This document shows positions 1 through 7,934 of a stretch of DNA of 32,000 bases, piece by piece. How positions within the stretch are numbered: the first letter of the stretch is position 1; every line of letters starts with the position of its first letter. This DNA comes from Microcystis aeruginosa NIES-2549 (GTDB lineage Bacteria; Cyanobacteriota; Cyanobacteriia; Cyanobacteriales; Microcystaceae): assembly GCF_000981785.2 (NCBI RefSeq), contig NZ_CP011304.1:2310001-2342000 (forward strand). Reading direction: 5' to 3'. A program made the translations under genes and the position numbers. Below the pieces are notes generated by a model. It was not told the origin of the DNA. It searched no databases and was given only the letters and a program-made list of their open reading frames with translations.

Positions 1-708
1 AACAATAGGCGCGGCGAAGTATTTGAAAAATTCTTGGAAGAACTGGAGGCTATAGACTACACACCGAAATGGCGCGTAATTATGGCAGCCGATTATGGTG
101 TTCCTCAATTAAGGGAACGGCTTTTTGTTATAGCCACCAGAGGGCGTAACGGATTTTATTTTCCAGAGAGAACACATGCGCCTATAGAGGAATGCAATGG
201 GTTATTTTCGTACAAGCCATATATCGGAATAGGTGAAGTCCTAAATGGATTGTCAGAGCCAGATCAAAAAATTAAAGGCAAGACTGTTTACGATAGAGCG
301 GATAGCCATGTTGATGTAACTCCACCACGAGATCGTGAGAGAATTGCTCAAGTCACTGAAGGCTCTTATCTGGCAGCCCAAACCCACCTTGGGGAAGAAC
401 TCCGCTGCGGATTATCACCAAAAGATACAACCAAATATTTGCGTCTTCATCGAAAACGCCCATCAAACACATTGCGGTGCGGGGAAATATTTTATCATCC
501 TACTGAAAGTCGATACTTGACTCCTAGAGAATATATGAGGATACATGGTTATCCTGACAGCTACATATTGAAGGGGCCAATTCGATCAAGAACAGGATCG
601 GTTCCAAACTTGGATCAGCACAGGCAAATTGCTAATTCTGTTCCCCCTCCCTTAGCTAAGGCAATGGCACTCCAAATCAAAGGATTTTTAGATGAGCAAA
701 ATATTTGA
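1..708 (+). CDS. DNA (cytosine-5)-methyltransferase, C-terminal part (5' end lies upstream of the window)
   Basis: Frame 1 is open from nt 1 (NNRRGEVFEKFLEELEAIDY...). It carries m5C-MTase motif VIII (YGVPQLRERLFVIA), motif IX (LTPREYMRIHGYPDSY) and motif X (QIANSVPPPLAKAM). A variable TRD-like region of about 120 aa lies between VIII and IX. Motifs I-VI are not visible because the window starts after them. Confidence 0.9.
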   Translation, partial: NNRRGEVFEKFLEELEAIDYTPKWRVIMAADYGVPQLRERLFVIATRGRNGFYFPERTHAPIEECNGLFSYKPYIGIGEVLNGLSEPDQKIKGKTVYDRADSHVDVTPPRDRERIAQVTEGSYLAAQTHLGEELRCGLSPKDTTKYLRLHRKRPSNTLRCGEIFYHPTESRYLTPREYMRIHGYPDSYILKGPIRSRTGSVPNLDQHRQIANSVPPPLAKAMALQIKGFLDEQNI

Positions 709-1801
709 ACTGTATGGATATCGTCTTGACTGCTGGAATGCAGAAGCCTCTGCCAATAGAGAAAAAGCATGGTGTCCTTTTATGGATGCCGAGTGTGACG
801 GTGGCGGAAACCGTTACCTTTCGGCATTAGACATCAACAAGAATCCAACACTAGAAAAGTTTTTTCCAGGAAAGAAAATAGTCCAATCAGGTGTTTGCTC
901 GTTACGTTTGCGAGATTCTGAGCAGCCATGGATTGTTTGTCCACGCCGTCTATTGTCCTTGAAAGGACAACAAGAAAACTATCAAGCCCATGTTCGGGAG
1001 CAATTGGTCAAATATTCAAATCTTGAACAAGGAAAGCTCTACCGGGCATGGTCTGAAGTTAAAATGAAAGTAAATACCACGAATGATGATGATGAGGCAA
1101 AATCCTTCGACTATACGTTTGATTATGTCATAGCAGGTGCGAGCCGAAAAAAACTATCTGAAGTAGCCGTACTGGTTGGGAAAGGAGTTCGCGCAACTCA
1201 AAAAATTGCTGAAGAAAATCAATATACTTTAGCATCCCGAAACGGAGAGCTTTGGATTGACGATTTTCCCTCTGATCCAATTGTCATTGTTGAAATCATG
1301 ACATCAAGCACGTCAGGGGGCGACAAAAATAAACGAACCCAGATTGCTATGGCTTGTGAGGATGCTATCGTTTCTCCAGAAACTCATAACGGACCAGGAA
1401 TTAACTATCGCCAAGTATGGGCGCGAATGGTTAGCCAATTGATTGTAAAATCCCAAGTTGGTCTTGCTTGGAATGGCAAAACCTTCTGGCTTCTTCAGGA
1501 TCTTCTTGCTCAATACATCTCCTCTACCACAGCATTGGACTTGTCAAAATACATTGCTCAACATCCTGATGAGGTGAATATTCTTGCATTCGGATACGGC
1601 GAAATTGATGCAGAACCTACTTCACCGATCATAGAACTCAGTGACTCTACTTTTTATGCTGGGCCTATAACCGAGAATGCCGACAATTCAGTTTCTAAGG
1701 GCTTCGTCGAGATTGTAAAAATTGGTGCTCCGCCGGATAAAGAGCATCTATGGCGTTCTTTGTTCAAGAAGGCACCATGTGGAAACATCACATGGAAATG
1801 A
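692..1801 (+). CDS. putative type II restriction endonuclease, NotI-family-like
   Basis: This 369-aa ORF overlaps the MTase stop by 17 nt. Its N-terminal Cys pattern is WCPF-x5-C-x33-GVC-x13-WIVCPRRLL, which resembles the Fe-Cys4 fold of NotI (CPF...C...GVC...WLVCPNR) as I recall it. Further on, FDYTFDYVI and VIVEIMTSS resemble the NotI FSFDWTL and VLEIQTMD PD-(D/E)xK-like core. The assignment is from memory, not from a search. Confidence 0.6.
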   Translation: MSKIFELYGYRLDCWNAEASANREKAWCPFMDAECDGGGNRYLSALDINKNPTLEKFFPGKKIVQSGVCSLRLRDSEQPWIVCPRRLLSLKGQQENYQAHVREQLVKYSNLEQGKLYRAWSEVKMKVNTTNDDDEAKSFDYTFDYVIAGASRKKLSEVAVLVGKGVRATQKIAEENQYTLASRNGELWIDDFPSDPIVIVEIMTSSTSGGDKNKRTQIAMACEDAIVSPETHNGPGINYRQVWARMVSQLIVKSQVGLAWNGKTFWLLQDLLAQYISSTTALDLSKYIAQHPDEVNILAFGYGEIDAEPTSPIIELSDSTFYAGPITENADNSVSKGFVEIVKIGAPPDKEHLWRSLFKKAPCGNITWK

Positions 1802-1819
1802 AGAAAAAGCAGCTAGGGT

Positions 1820-1845
1820 TGTAACCAGTAACGTTATGGGTTACA
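1820..1845. promoter_or_regulatory. 26-bp near-perfect dyad upstream of higB; candidate HigA/HigBA operator
   Basis: TGTAACC-AG-TAACGTTA-TG-GGTTACA. The outer 7-bp arms and the inner 8-bp palindrome share one centre (1832/1833). Only the AG/TG pairs are mismatched. The dyad ends 8 nt before the higB ATG (1854). Confidence 0.4.
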
Positions 1846-1853
1846 CTTAATGG

Positions 1854-2132
1854 ATGATAGTCAGTTTCAAGCATCGAGGACTAGAGCAGTTCTTTGAGTC
1901 GGGAACCACCCGAGGCATTCAGGCAAATCATGCCCAACGAATTCGGCTGATTCTGGCTCGTCTCAGTGCTGCAACTTCACCGCAAGACATGAACTTACCC
2001 GGGTTGGTACTTCATGAACTGGCAGGGCAACGTAAAGGAACCTGGACGGTGAGAGTATCTGGAAACTGGCGGATCACTTTCACCTTTGACGGTGTTGATG
2101 CTTGTGATGTCGATCTTGAGGACTACCACTGA
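1854..2132 (+). CDS. higB: HigB-family toxin (plasmid maintenance system killer, RelE/ParE superfamily)
   Basis: 92 aa. [11 protein letters not shown]...GNWRITFTF...DLEDYH is the characteristic HigB/killer-protein pattern. Its stop overlaps the higA start by 1 nt (TGATG). Confidence 0.9.
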   Translation: MIVSFKHRGLEQFFESGTTRGIQANHAQRIRLILARLSAATSPQDMNLPGLVLHELAGQRKGTWTVRVSGNWRITFTFDGVDACDVDLEDYH

Positions 2133-2431
2133 TGAAAATGCATAATCCACCACATCCTGGTGAAGTTCTTAAAGAACTTTGTCTCGAACCTTTAAATCTG
2201 ACTGTGACTGAGGCTGCTGAAGCATTGGGTGTAAGTCGAAAAACCCTATCTGCCATCTTAAATGGTAGGGCAGGTATTAGCCCCGAAATGGCAATTCGCT
2301 TAGGGAAAGCTTTCGATACATCTCCTGAAAGTTGGCTCAATCAGCAAATGCAATACGATCTATGGCAAGCAGAGCAGACAATTGGCAATATCAAAGTCAA
2401 ACGGCTATCAGTGCGATCGGCGATCGCGTAG
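2132..2431 (+). CDS. higA: HigA-family antitoxin, XRE-type helix-turn-helix
   Basis: 99 aa. [54 protein letters not shown] is a typical HigA/VapI HTH. It sits immediately downstream of higB, the toxin-first order typical of HigBA. Confidence 0.9.
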   Translation: MKMHNPPHPGEVLKELCLEPLNLTVTEAAEALGVSRKTLSAILNGRAGISPEMAIRLGKAFDTSPESWLNQQMQYDLWQAEQTIGNIKVKRLSVRSAIA

Positions 2432-2571
2432 GGTGCGTTAATTAAATGTAACGCACCACCCACGAGATATATTAAAAATAGTTAGCCGTAGGGTGCGTTC
2501 CCTAATGCAACTGCTCCACCAATAGATTTTTGGGGAACGCACCATGCTAGAGGATTATAAAAATATTTGCC
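2427..2571. repeat. two tandem hairpin-bearing repeat units (about 60 and 84 bp), REP/MITE-like
   Basis: Both units start with CGTAGGGTGCGTT, contain the complementary AACGCACC, and continue with an A/T-rich tail (ATTAAAAATA or ATTATAAAAATA) ending in GCC. Unit 1 hairpin: GGTGCGTTA-attaaatg-TAACGCACC. Unit 2 hairpin: GGTGCGTTCCC...GGGGAACGCACC. The first unit overlaps the higA stop codon and a HIP1 site (2420-2427). Confidence 0.7.
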
Positions 2572-2622
2572 GTCGCACTCCAGCCCATCGTGGCTGAGTT
2601 CAACCGTTATCGAGAAAAATAG

Positions 2623-3501
2623 TTAAATCCCGTCAAATTCCCCTAAAACTTTCACCTCTGGTTCTAACCAGAGGGACCAGCGATCGAACACTTGTTCCTG
2701 CACATGGCGAATTAAACGCAGAATATCCGAGGCTTTTGCTGAACCAATATTCAGGATAAAATTAGCGTGTAATTCTGATACTTGCGCCCCACCAATTTGA
2801 TAACCTTTTAATCCCATTTCCTCAATTAAAGCCCCGGCAAATTGCGGTTTAGGATTGCGGAAAACACTACCACAACTAGGACGATCATAGGGTTGGGTAC
2901 TTTTGCGATGGCGTAAATTATGGGTAGTAATTGCCATTATTTCCTCGCGATTATCGGTAGCTTCTAACTGAAATGTGGCTTCGATAACTAAACGTTGATC
3001 CCCTTGCAGAGAAGAACTGCGATAACTATAATTTAAATCTTCTTTGCTTAAAGTTTCTAACTGACCATCGGGATTTAATACCAGCACCCGCACTAATCGA
3101 TCCGCCACACAGGAGGTATGTGCGCCCGCATTCATGACCACAGCCCCCCCCACCGTACCCGGGATACCCACCGCCCATTCTAAGCCCTTCCAGCCCCTTT
3201 TTGCCGCTCTCCAAGCTATTTTTGGCAGGGGTTCCCCCGCCGCTGCTGTAATCGTAGCAGTTTCGGCATCAAAACAACTCGATCGCAGATGGCGAGTATT
3301 GAGAACAAGTCCGGGTAAACCTCGATCGCTGATTAGTAAATTTGAACCGGCCCCCAAAACAGTCAAGGGTAAATCTTGTGATTGCCACCAAGCGAACACT
3401 TCTCTTAATTCCTCTAGATTAACTGGTTCGGCATACCATTGCGCTCTTCCCCCCACCCGGTAGGAAGTGAAATCAGCTAGAGAAACAGAGGATTTAATCA
3501 T
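2623..3501 (-). CDS. murB: UDP-N-acetylenolpyruvoylglucosamine reductase
   Basis: 292 aa. It has the FAD-binding MurB signature (YRVGGRAQWYAEP, LGAGSNLLISD, GIPGTVGGAVVMNAGAH) and the C-terminal MurB domain (SCGSVFRNP). Confidence 0.95.
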   Translation of the reverse strand: MIKSSVSLADFTSYRVGGRAQWYAEPVNLEELREVFAWWQSQDLPLTVLGAGSNLLISDRGLPGLVLNTRHLRSSCFDAETATITAAAGEPLPKIAWRAAKRGWKGLEWAVGIPGTVGGAVVMNAGAHTSCVADRLVRVLVLNPDGQLETLSKEDLNYSYRSSSLQGDQRLVIEATFQLEATDNREEIMAITTHNLRHRKSTQPYDRPSCGSVFRNPKPQFAGALIEEMGLKGYQIGGAQVSELHANFILNIGSAKASDILRLIRHVQEQVFDRWSLWLEPEVKVLGEFDGI

Positions 3502-3528
3502 AGGGTTTTAGGGGTTGGGGAGCATTTT

Positions 3529-3620
3529 CAGTGAACAGTAATCAGTAATCAGTAAACATAATAACTGATAACTAATAACTAATAACTGATAACTGATAAC
3601 TGATAACTGATAACTGAATC
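3529..3620. repeat. heptanucleotide tract, family A (ACTGATA/ACTGATT), arranged as two inverted half-tracts
   Basis: cagtgaacagtaatcagtaatcagtaaac is followed by (ataactg/ataacta)n. The tract fills the murC-stop to murB-start spacer. The left half is approximately the reverse complement of the right half. Confidence 0.9.
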
Positions 3621-5057
3621 CTATACTCTAACTGCTAATTGTTCGCGGTAAAGAGAGAGCATTTCGGGGATAACTTGATTGAGATTGCCGGCACCGAGGA
3701 ACATGGCTAGATCCCCTGGTTGAAGAATTTCTAGCAGGAATTGACCTAAAGAACTCAATTCGGGGTGATAGTAGGCGTTTTTATGGTGTTTTCTCACCTG
3801 TTCGACCACTTGCTGCCCGGTGACGTGATTGATATTCACTTCCCCGGCACTATAAATATCCGTTAAGACTACCACATCGGCGGAACTGAAAGCGGCTCCG
3901 AATTCCTCTAAAAAGGCAGTGGTGCGACTGTAGCGATGGGGTTGGAAAATAGCGATCGAACGTTGGTACTGTTTGCCTTCTACCTTCAATTTTGCCGCCG
4001 CTAACGTGGCCAACAATTCGCTAGGATGGTGGGCATAATCATCGATAAAAGTAATGCCGTTTGCCTCTCCCTTGTGTTCAAAACGGCGTTTTGCCCCAGC
4101 AAAAGTAGCGATCGCATCGGCAATAACGGCAAATTCTAAACCGAGATAACGTCCGATGGCCACCACTGCCAAGGCATTACTAATATTATGTTGCCCGGGG
4201 ATTTTCACTTCCATTTGTCCCAGATAACTGCCTTTTTCCCAGACGGAAGCTTTCATCATTCCCTGTTCATAGATAATCTCGCTGACGGTGTAATCGGCAC
4301 CTTTTTCGGGATCGAGACTATAACTGATTGTCGGACGGAAATGCTCGGCGATCGTGTCACAATCTAAACAAGCGACTAAAATCTGGCACTGATTGGCGAA
4401 TTCACGGAAAGTATCGATAACTTCGCTTAAATTCTGGTAATGATCGGGGTGATCTAGCTCAATATTAGTGATTACGCCGATTTTCGGGGCGTGCTTGGTT
4501 AGGGAACCATCGGACTCATCGGCCTCAGCCACCAAAAAACGACCTTGACCAAGACGAGCGTTACCTTCCCAAGCGTCCACCTCACCACCGACAATGATCG
4601 TGGGGTCTAATCCCGCTTCCAGGAGAACGTAACCGATTAGGCTGCTAGTGGTGGTTTTGCCGTGGGTGCCAGCGACGGCGATACTGTCGTAATCAGCGAT
4701 TAAAGCCGCTAAAACGTCGCTACGGTGAAAAATTGGGTATCCTAAGTCTCTGGCCGCTTGATATTCCTTGTTATGGTCATTAATCGCCGTGGAGCAGATT
4801 ACTTGCGGAACTGTTTGGCTACTGTTTTGAGGGCCCGGAGAATGAAATAAAGCTAAATTATTTGCCTCTTGACGGTGGAAAATGTGCGCTCCCGCTCCCT
4901 GTAGCCGTTGGGTAATATGGGTAGGACGTAAATCGGAGCCAGACACGGGTAAATTGCGTTTGGCTAAGATATAAGCGAGGGCTGACATCCCAATACCGCC
5001 AATACCGATAAAATGGAAAGGTTGGCCGTTAAAATTAACTTTTTTCACTGTTTTCAC
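3621..5057 (-). CDS. murC: UDP-N-acetylmuramate--L-alanine ligase
   Basis: 478 aa. N-terminal FHFIGIGGIGMSALA, Mur ligase P-loop AGTHGKTTTS, and DDYAHHPSE. Confidence 0.95.
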   Translation of the reverse strand: MKTVKKVNFNGQPFHFIGIGGIGMSALAYILAKRNLPVSGSDLRPTHITQRLQGAGAHIFHRQEANNLALFHSPGPQNSSQTVPQVICSTAINDHNKEYQAARDLGYPIFHRSDVLAALIADYDSIAVAGTHGKTTTSSLIGYVLLEAGLDPTIIVGGEVDAWEGNARLGQGRFLVAEADESDGSLTKHAPKIGVITNIELDHPDHYQNLSEVIDTFREFANQCQILVACLDCDTIAEHFRPTISYSLDPEKGADYTVSEIIYEQGMMKASVWEKGSYLGQMEVKIPGQHNISNALAVVAIGRYLGLEFAVIADAIATFAGAKRRFEHKGEANGITFIDDYAHHPSELLATLAAAKLKVEGKQYQRSIAIFQPHRYSRTTAFLEEFGAAFSSADVVVLTDIYSAGEVNINHVTGQQVVEQVRKHHKNAYYHPELSSLGQFLLEILQPGDLAMFLGAGNLNQVIPEMLSLYREQLAVRV

Positions 5058-5303
5058 TCCTCAAACCCACGATTATATAAGTTTTAAACTCGATCGGTAG
5101 TAAAGTCAACCTCATGATAGGGGCATTTGGGCAGAATTCCAAAATGTTGCCCAGTCGCCTTGCAAAATCCTTGACGCAGAATTAAAATTTTTTCTCCCAA
5201 TTCCTTTTTTTTTACTGAGCTTTCCCGAACGTCCGAACGTCCCGAAAATCGGTAAAACCCTACACCCTGCACCCCACGAAAAACTTTTTGCCGCAAACCC
5301 TAA

Positions 5304-5990
5304 TTAGGGCAGCCATTCCAGTAAAATTCCCAGGGAGCTATCTTTACGAGCGCGGGAATTTTGGGCTTGAATATCGGCGGCTAAACGTAAATTAGAGGTA
5401 ATCGCATAACCAAGGGAAAGAGTAGTTAATCCCACCTCGTTATCACCCCCCGGGGAGATAAAACTCTGACTGACGGTGATATCTGCTGCCCCCGTGCGAG
5501 AAAGGGCTAATTTGAGCTTTAATCCTAAGTTAAGCCCATCGGTGCTGTAATTTCCTGTTTGAATGTAACGATAGCCCACCATGGGAGCCAGATTGACATA
5601 ATCACCCAAAGGGAGGAGATAGTATTGTAAATTTGCTCCTATTGCCGTCCTTTTGCCGTTAAAAGCCGTCTGATAATCGCCACTTAGGGTTAAACTGGTT
5701 TGACTGAAAAACACATCTTCTACCCCCAAAATCACGCCACTGGAATTATCCCTAGAAGGAAACTCTGTATATCCTAAACGGATACGAGTGCGAAAACTAG
5801 GATCGCGGCGAATATCTTCGGCGATATCGGGTATTTTTTCTAACCAACGCTCTAAAACCGGGCTTTCTTGCCGAATTTTCGGATCTAAGTCTAAATCCGT
5901 TTCTGCCCACACAGCACCACTCGCCCCCCATAATAAACCAAGAGCGATCGCATTTACAGAACAGCAAGAGAGCTTAAACATGATCTGCAT
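5304..5990 (-). CDS. hypothetical secreted / outer-membrane beta-barrel-like protein
   Basis: A signal-peptide-like N-terminus (MFKLSCCSVNAIALGLLWGASGAVWA/ETD) is followed by alternating hydrophobic beta-strand-like segments. The start is uncertain: TTG 5999, ATG 5990 or ATG 5981. I recognised no family. Confidence 0.6.
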   Translation of the reverse strand: MQIMFKLSCCSVNAIALGLLWGASGAVWAETDLDLDPKIRQESPVLERWLEKIPDIAEDIRRDPSFRTRIRLGYTEFPSRDNSSGVILGVEDVFFSQTSLTLSGDYQTAFNGKRTAIGANLQYYLLPLGDYVNLAPMVGYRYIQTGNYSTDGLNLGLKLKLALSRTGAADITVSQSFISPGGDNEVGLTTLSLGYAITSNLRLAADIQAQNSRARKDSSLGILLEWLP

Positions 5991-6000
5991 TATACCCAAG

Positions 6001-6035
6001 AAGGCAGGAGGCAGTAGGCAAGAGGCAAGAGAAAG
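6001..6035. repeat. heptanucleotide tract, family C (AGGCAAG / reverse complement CTTGCCT), 5 degenerate units
   Basis: aaggcag gaggcag taggcaa gaggcaa gagaaag. This is the reverse-complement orientation of the TTGCCTY tracts at 18719 and 26671. Confidence 0.8.
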
Positions 6036-6065
6036 AATCTGGCAATAAAGCCTTTAGCTTAACAA

Positions 6066-6097
6066 ATTACTGGTTACTGTTTACTGATCACTGAAAA
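6066..6097. repeat. heptanucleotide tract, family A, ending in CACTGAAAA
   Basis: attactg gttactg tttactg atcactg aaaa. It lies upstream of hisD. Confidence 0.85.
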
Positions 6098-6186
6098 GCC
6101 AGCACTCCCCCAAAGGTTACAATAAAAATAAAGATTCAGATTCCCCGTTATTCTTGAGAGGACGGGGGGCAGTAGGAGCAGCAATA

Positions 6187-7491
6187 GTGGTTAGAATATT
6201 AAAACTTTCGCAATTAAGTGATGCGGAACGGGCAAAACTTCAGAAAAGAGCCGAGTTAGATATTGATAACGCCCTCAAAGTCGCTCAAACGGTGATAGAA
6301 ACCATCCGCGAGCGGGGGGATGCCGGCGTTGTGGACTATGTGCGGCGTTTTGACTACGAGGGTGCGACGGTAGAAAATATCAAAGTCAACGAGGCAGAAT
6401 TTGAGCAGGCTTTTCAGTTAATTGAACCAGAAGTAAAAACTGCCATTGAACAGGCTTTCCGGAATATTCAAGAGGTACATCGTCGCCAAATGCCGGAAGA
6501 AACACAACTGGCAGAAATTGAACCAGGTGTCTTTGCTGGCGAAAAAATCTCTCCTATCCCCAATGTGGGTTTATACGTTCCCCGGGGCCGCGGTGCTTTT
6601 CCTTCGATGATGTTAATGTTAGCCATACCGGCAATGGTGGCAGGAGTGGAAAGAGTTGTCGTTTGCACTCCCCCCGATAAACAGGGCAACGTGGAGCCGG
6701 TTTCTCTGGTGGCGGCACGCATGGCTGGAGTCAGAGAAATTTATAAGTTAGGAGGCGTACAAGCGATCGCTGCTTTAGCTTTGGGAACAAAAAATATCAA
6801 AAGGGTTGACAAAATTACAGGTCCGTGCAGCGTCTATGGGGCGGCGGCCAAACGGTTACTGTTCGGCACTGTGGATGTGGGTTTACCAGCAGGTCCAAGT
6901 GAGTCGATAGTTTTGGCCGATGAGTCCACCGATGCCCGTTTAGCGGCCTTGGATTTATTAATTGAAGCGGAACACGGGGCGGATTCGGCGGCTTTATTAG
7001 TCACCCACAGTGAACAGGTGGCGATCGCTGCTAGTGAATACGCTCAGGAATACCTGCAAAAACTCCCAGATTGGCGACGGGAATTTTGTGAGGCGGGTTT
7101 AGCCGCCTATGGGGGCATAATTTTAACCGATAGTTTGCAGCAATCCCTCGATTTCGTCAATGAGTACGCCCCGGAACATCTGGAGGTTTTAGTTAGTAAT
7201 CCTTTTGCCATTCTGGGCAAGATTAAAAATGCTGGCGAAATTCTCCTGGGAAATCATACTCCTTCCTCTATGGCTACCTACGCCATCGGGGTAAATGCTG
7301 TGCTGCCGACGGGAAGTTTTGCCCGTTCCTATTCCGCGGTTTCAGTTTATGATTTTCTCAAGCGCTCCACTTTGGCTTATGTCACCCCTGAAGGCTTTGA
7401 AAAGTTAAAAGAAACCACGAAAACTTTAGCCGAGTACGAAGGTTTTCCCGCCCATAAATTAGCAATTCAACACAGGGAAATTTTACTCTAA
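6187..7491 (+). CDS. hisD: histidinol dehydrogenase
   Basis: HisD-like throughout (GVQAIAALALGT, GPSESIVLADE, IEAEHGADSAALL, EYAPEHLE). The ORF track starts at TTG 6154. I prefer GTG 6187 because AGGAG (6174-6178) sits 8 nt upstream. The start remains uncertain. Confidence 0.92.
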   Translation: MVRILKLSQLSDAERAKLQKRAELDIDNALKVAQTVIETIRERGDAGVVDYVRRFDYEGATVENIKVNEAEFEQAFQLIEPEVKTAIEQAFRNIQEVHRRQMPEETQLAEIEPGVFAGEKISPIPNVGLYVPRGRGAFPSMMLMLAIPAMVAGVERVVVCTPPDKQGNVEPVSLVAARMAGVREIYKLGGVQAIAALALGTKNIKRVDKITGPCSVYGAAAKRLLFGTVDVGLPAGPSESIVLADESTDARLAALDLLIEAEHGADSAALLVTHSEQVAIAASEYAQEYLQKLPDWRREFCEAGLAAYGGIILTDSLQQSLDFVNEYAPEHLEVLVSNPFAILGKIKNAGEILLGNHTPSSMATYAIGVNAVLPTGSFARSYSAVSVYDFLKRSTLAYVTPEGFEKLKETTKTLAEYEGFPAHKLAIQHREILL

Positions 7492-7500
7492 ATAGGGGGA

Positions 7501-7544
7501 ATAGGAAACAGGGAATAACTCAGATTTATTATCCTGTCTCCTAT
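7501..7544 (+). terminator. hairpin downstream of hisD (possible terminator)
   Basis: ATAGGAAACAGG (7501-7512) pairs with CCTGTCTCCTAT (7533-7544): a 12-bp stem with 1 mismatch and a 20-nt loop. No U-tract follows. Confidence 0.3.
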
Positions 7545-7584
7545 CTGCTACTATGATAAGAGCAGAGAATCAGGCAAGCATTTT

Positions 7585-7922
7585 ATGAAAAAAGTAATTG
7601 TTATTTTAATTCTGTCTTTTCTGAGCGAACAAATATCAATAAAATCACCAATTTCTGGCAATCAAACCCTCAATAATTTAGCCGTAGCTAACAACAATAA
7701 TCGTCCCACTCCCCAGAAAAAACCTAGTCCTTCTCCACAATTCCGCGCTCGATGGTAGAACTCACTGTTCCCAGATGACCTCCTGTGCAGAAGCGACTTT
7801 TTTCTTGAGAAATTGCCCCAATGTCAAAAATGGATGGAGATGGTGATGGAGTTCCCTGTGAAAGTCAATTCTGTGGAAAAAAATCCTCAGAAAAATGTTT
7901 AAAAAGTTTTCCAGATAACTAA
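7585..7922 (+). pseudogene. frameshifted small secreted Excalibur (calcium-binding) domain protein
   Basis: Frame 1 (7585-7758) encodes a signal-peptide-like start, MKKVIVILILSFLS...PQKKPSPSPQFRARW*. Frame 2 continues as ...TSCAEATFFLRNCPNVKNGWRW*. Frame 3 (7821-7922) gives MDGDGDGVPCESQFCG.... Joined, SCAEA...NCPNVK-MDGDGDGVPCE matches the Excalibur DxDxDGxxCE motif. Both frame changes can be placed at A-runs (A6 at 7717-7722, A5 at 7826-7830). Confidence 0.5.
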
Positions 7923-7934
7923 TTTTGTTTTCTC

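Noticed and set aside
3026-3463. ORFs 3026-3214 (-) and 3134-3463 (+) inside murB
   Set aside because: They are alternative-frame or antisense ORFs wholly within a confidently identified MurB CDS. Their composition is low-complexity Gly/Pro/Ala, typical of off-frame translation.
5084-5296. 70-aa ORF in the spacer upstream of murC
   Set aside because: The sequence is built from repeat material (CCGAACGT x2, degenerate GTGGGGT-type heptamers, a T-run). The product is basic and low-complexity, and I recognised no family. It more likely belongs to the murC promoter or leader region.
7821-7922. Stand-alone 33-aa ORF MSKMDGDGDGVPCESQFCGKK...
   Set aside because: It holds only the C-terminal half of an Excalibur motif and has no signal peptide. 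It is better explained as the third frame of the frameshifted gene at 7585-7922.
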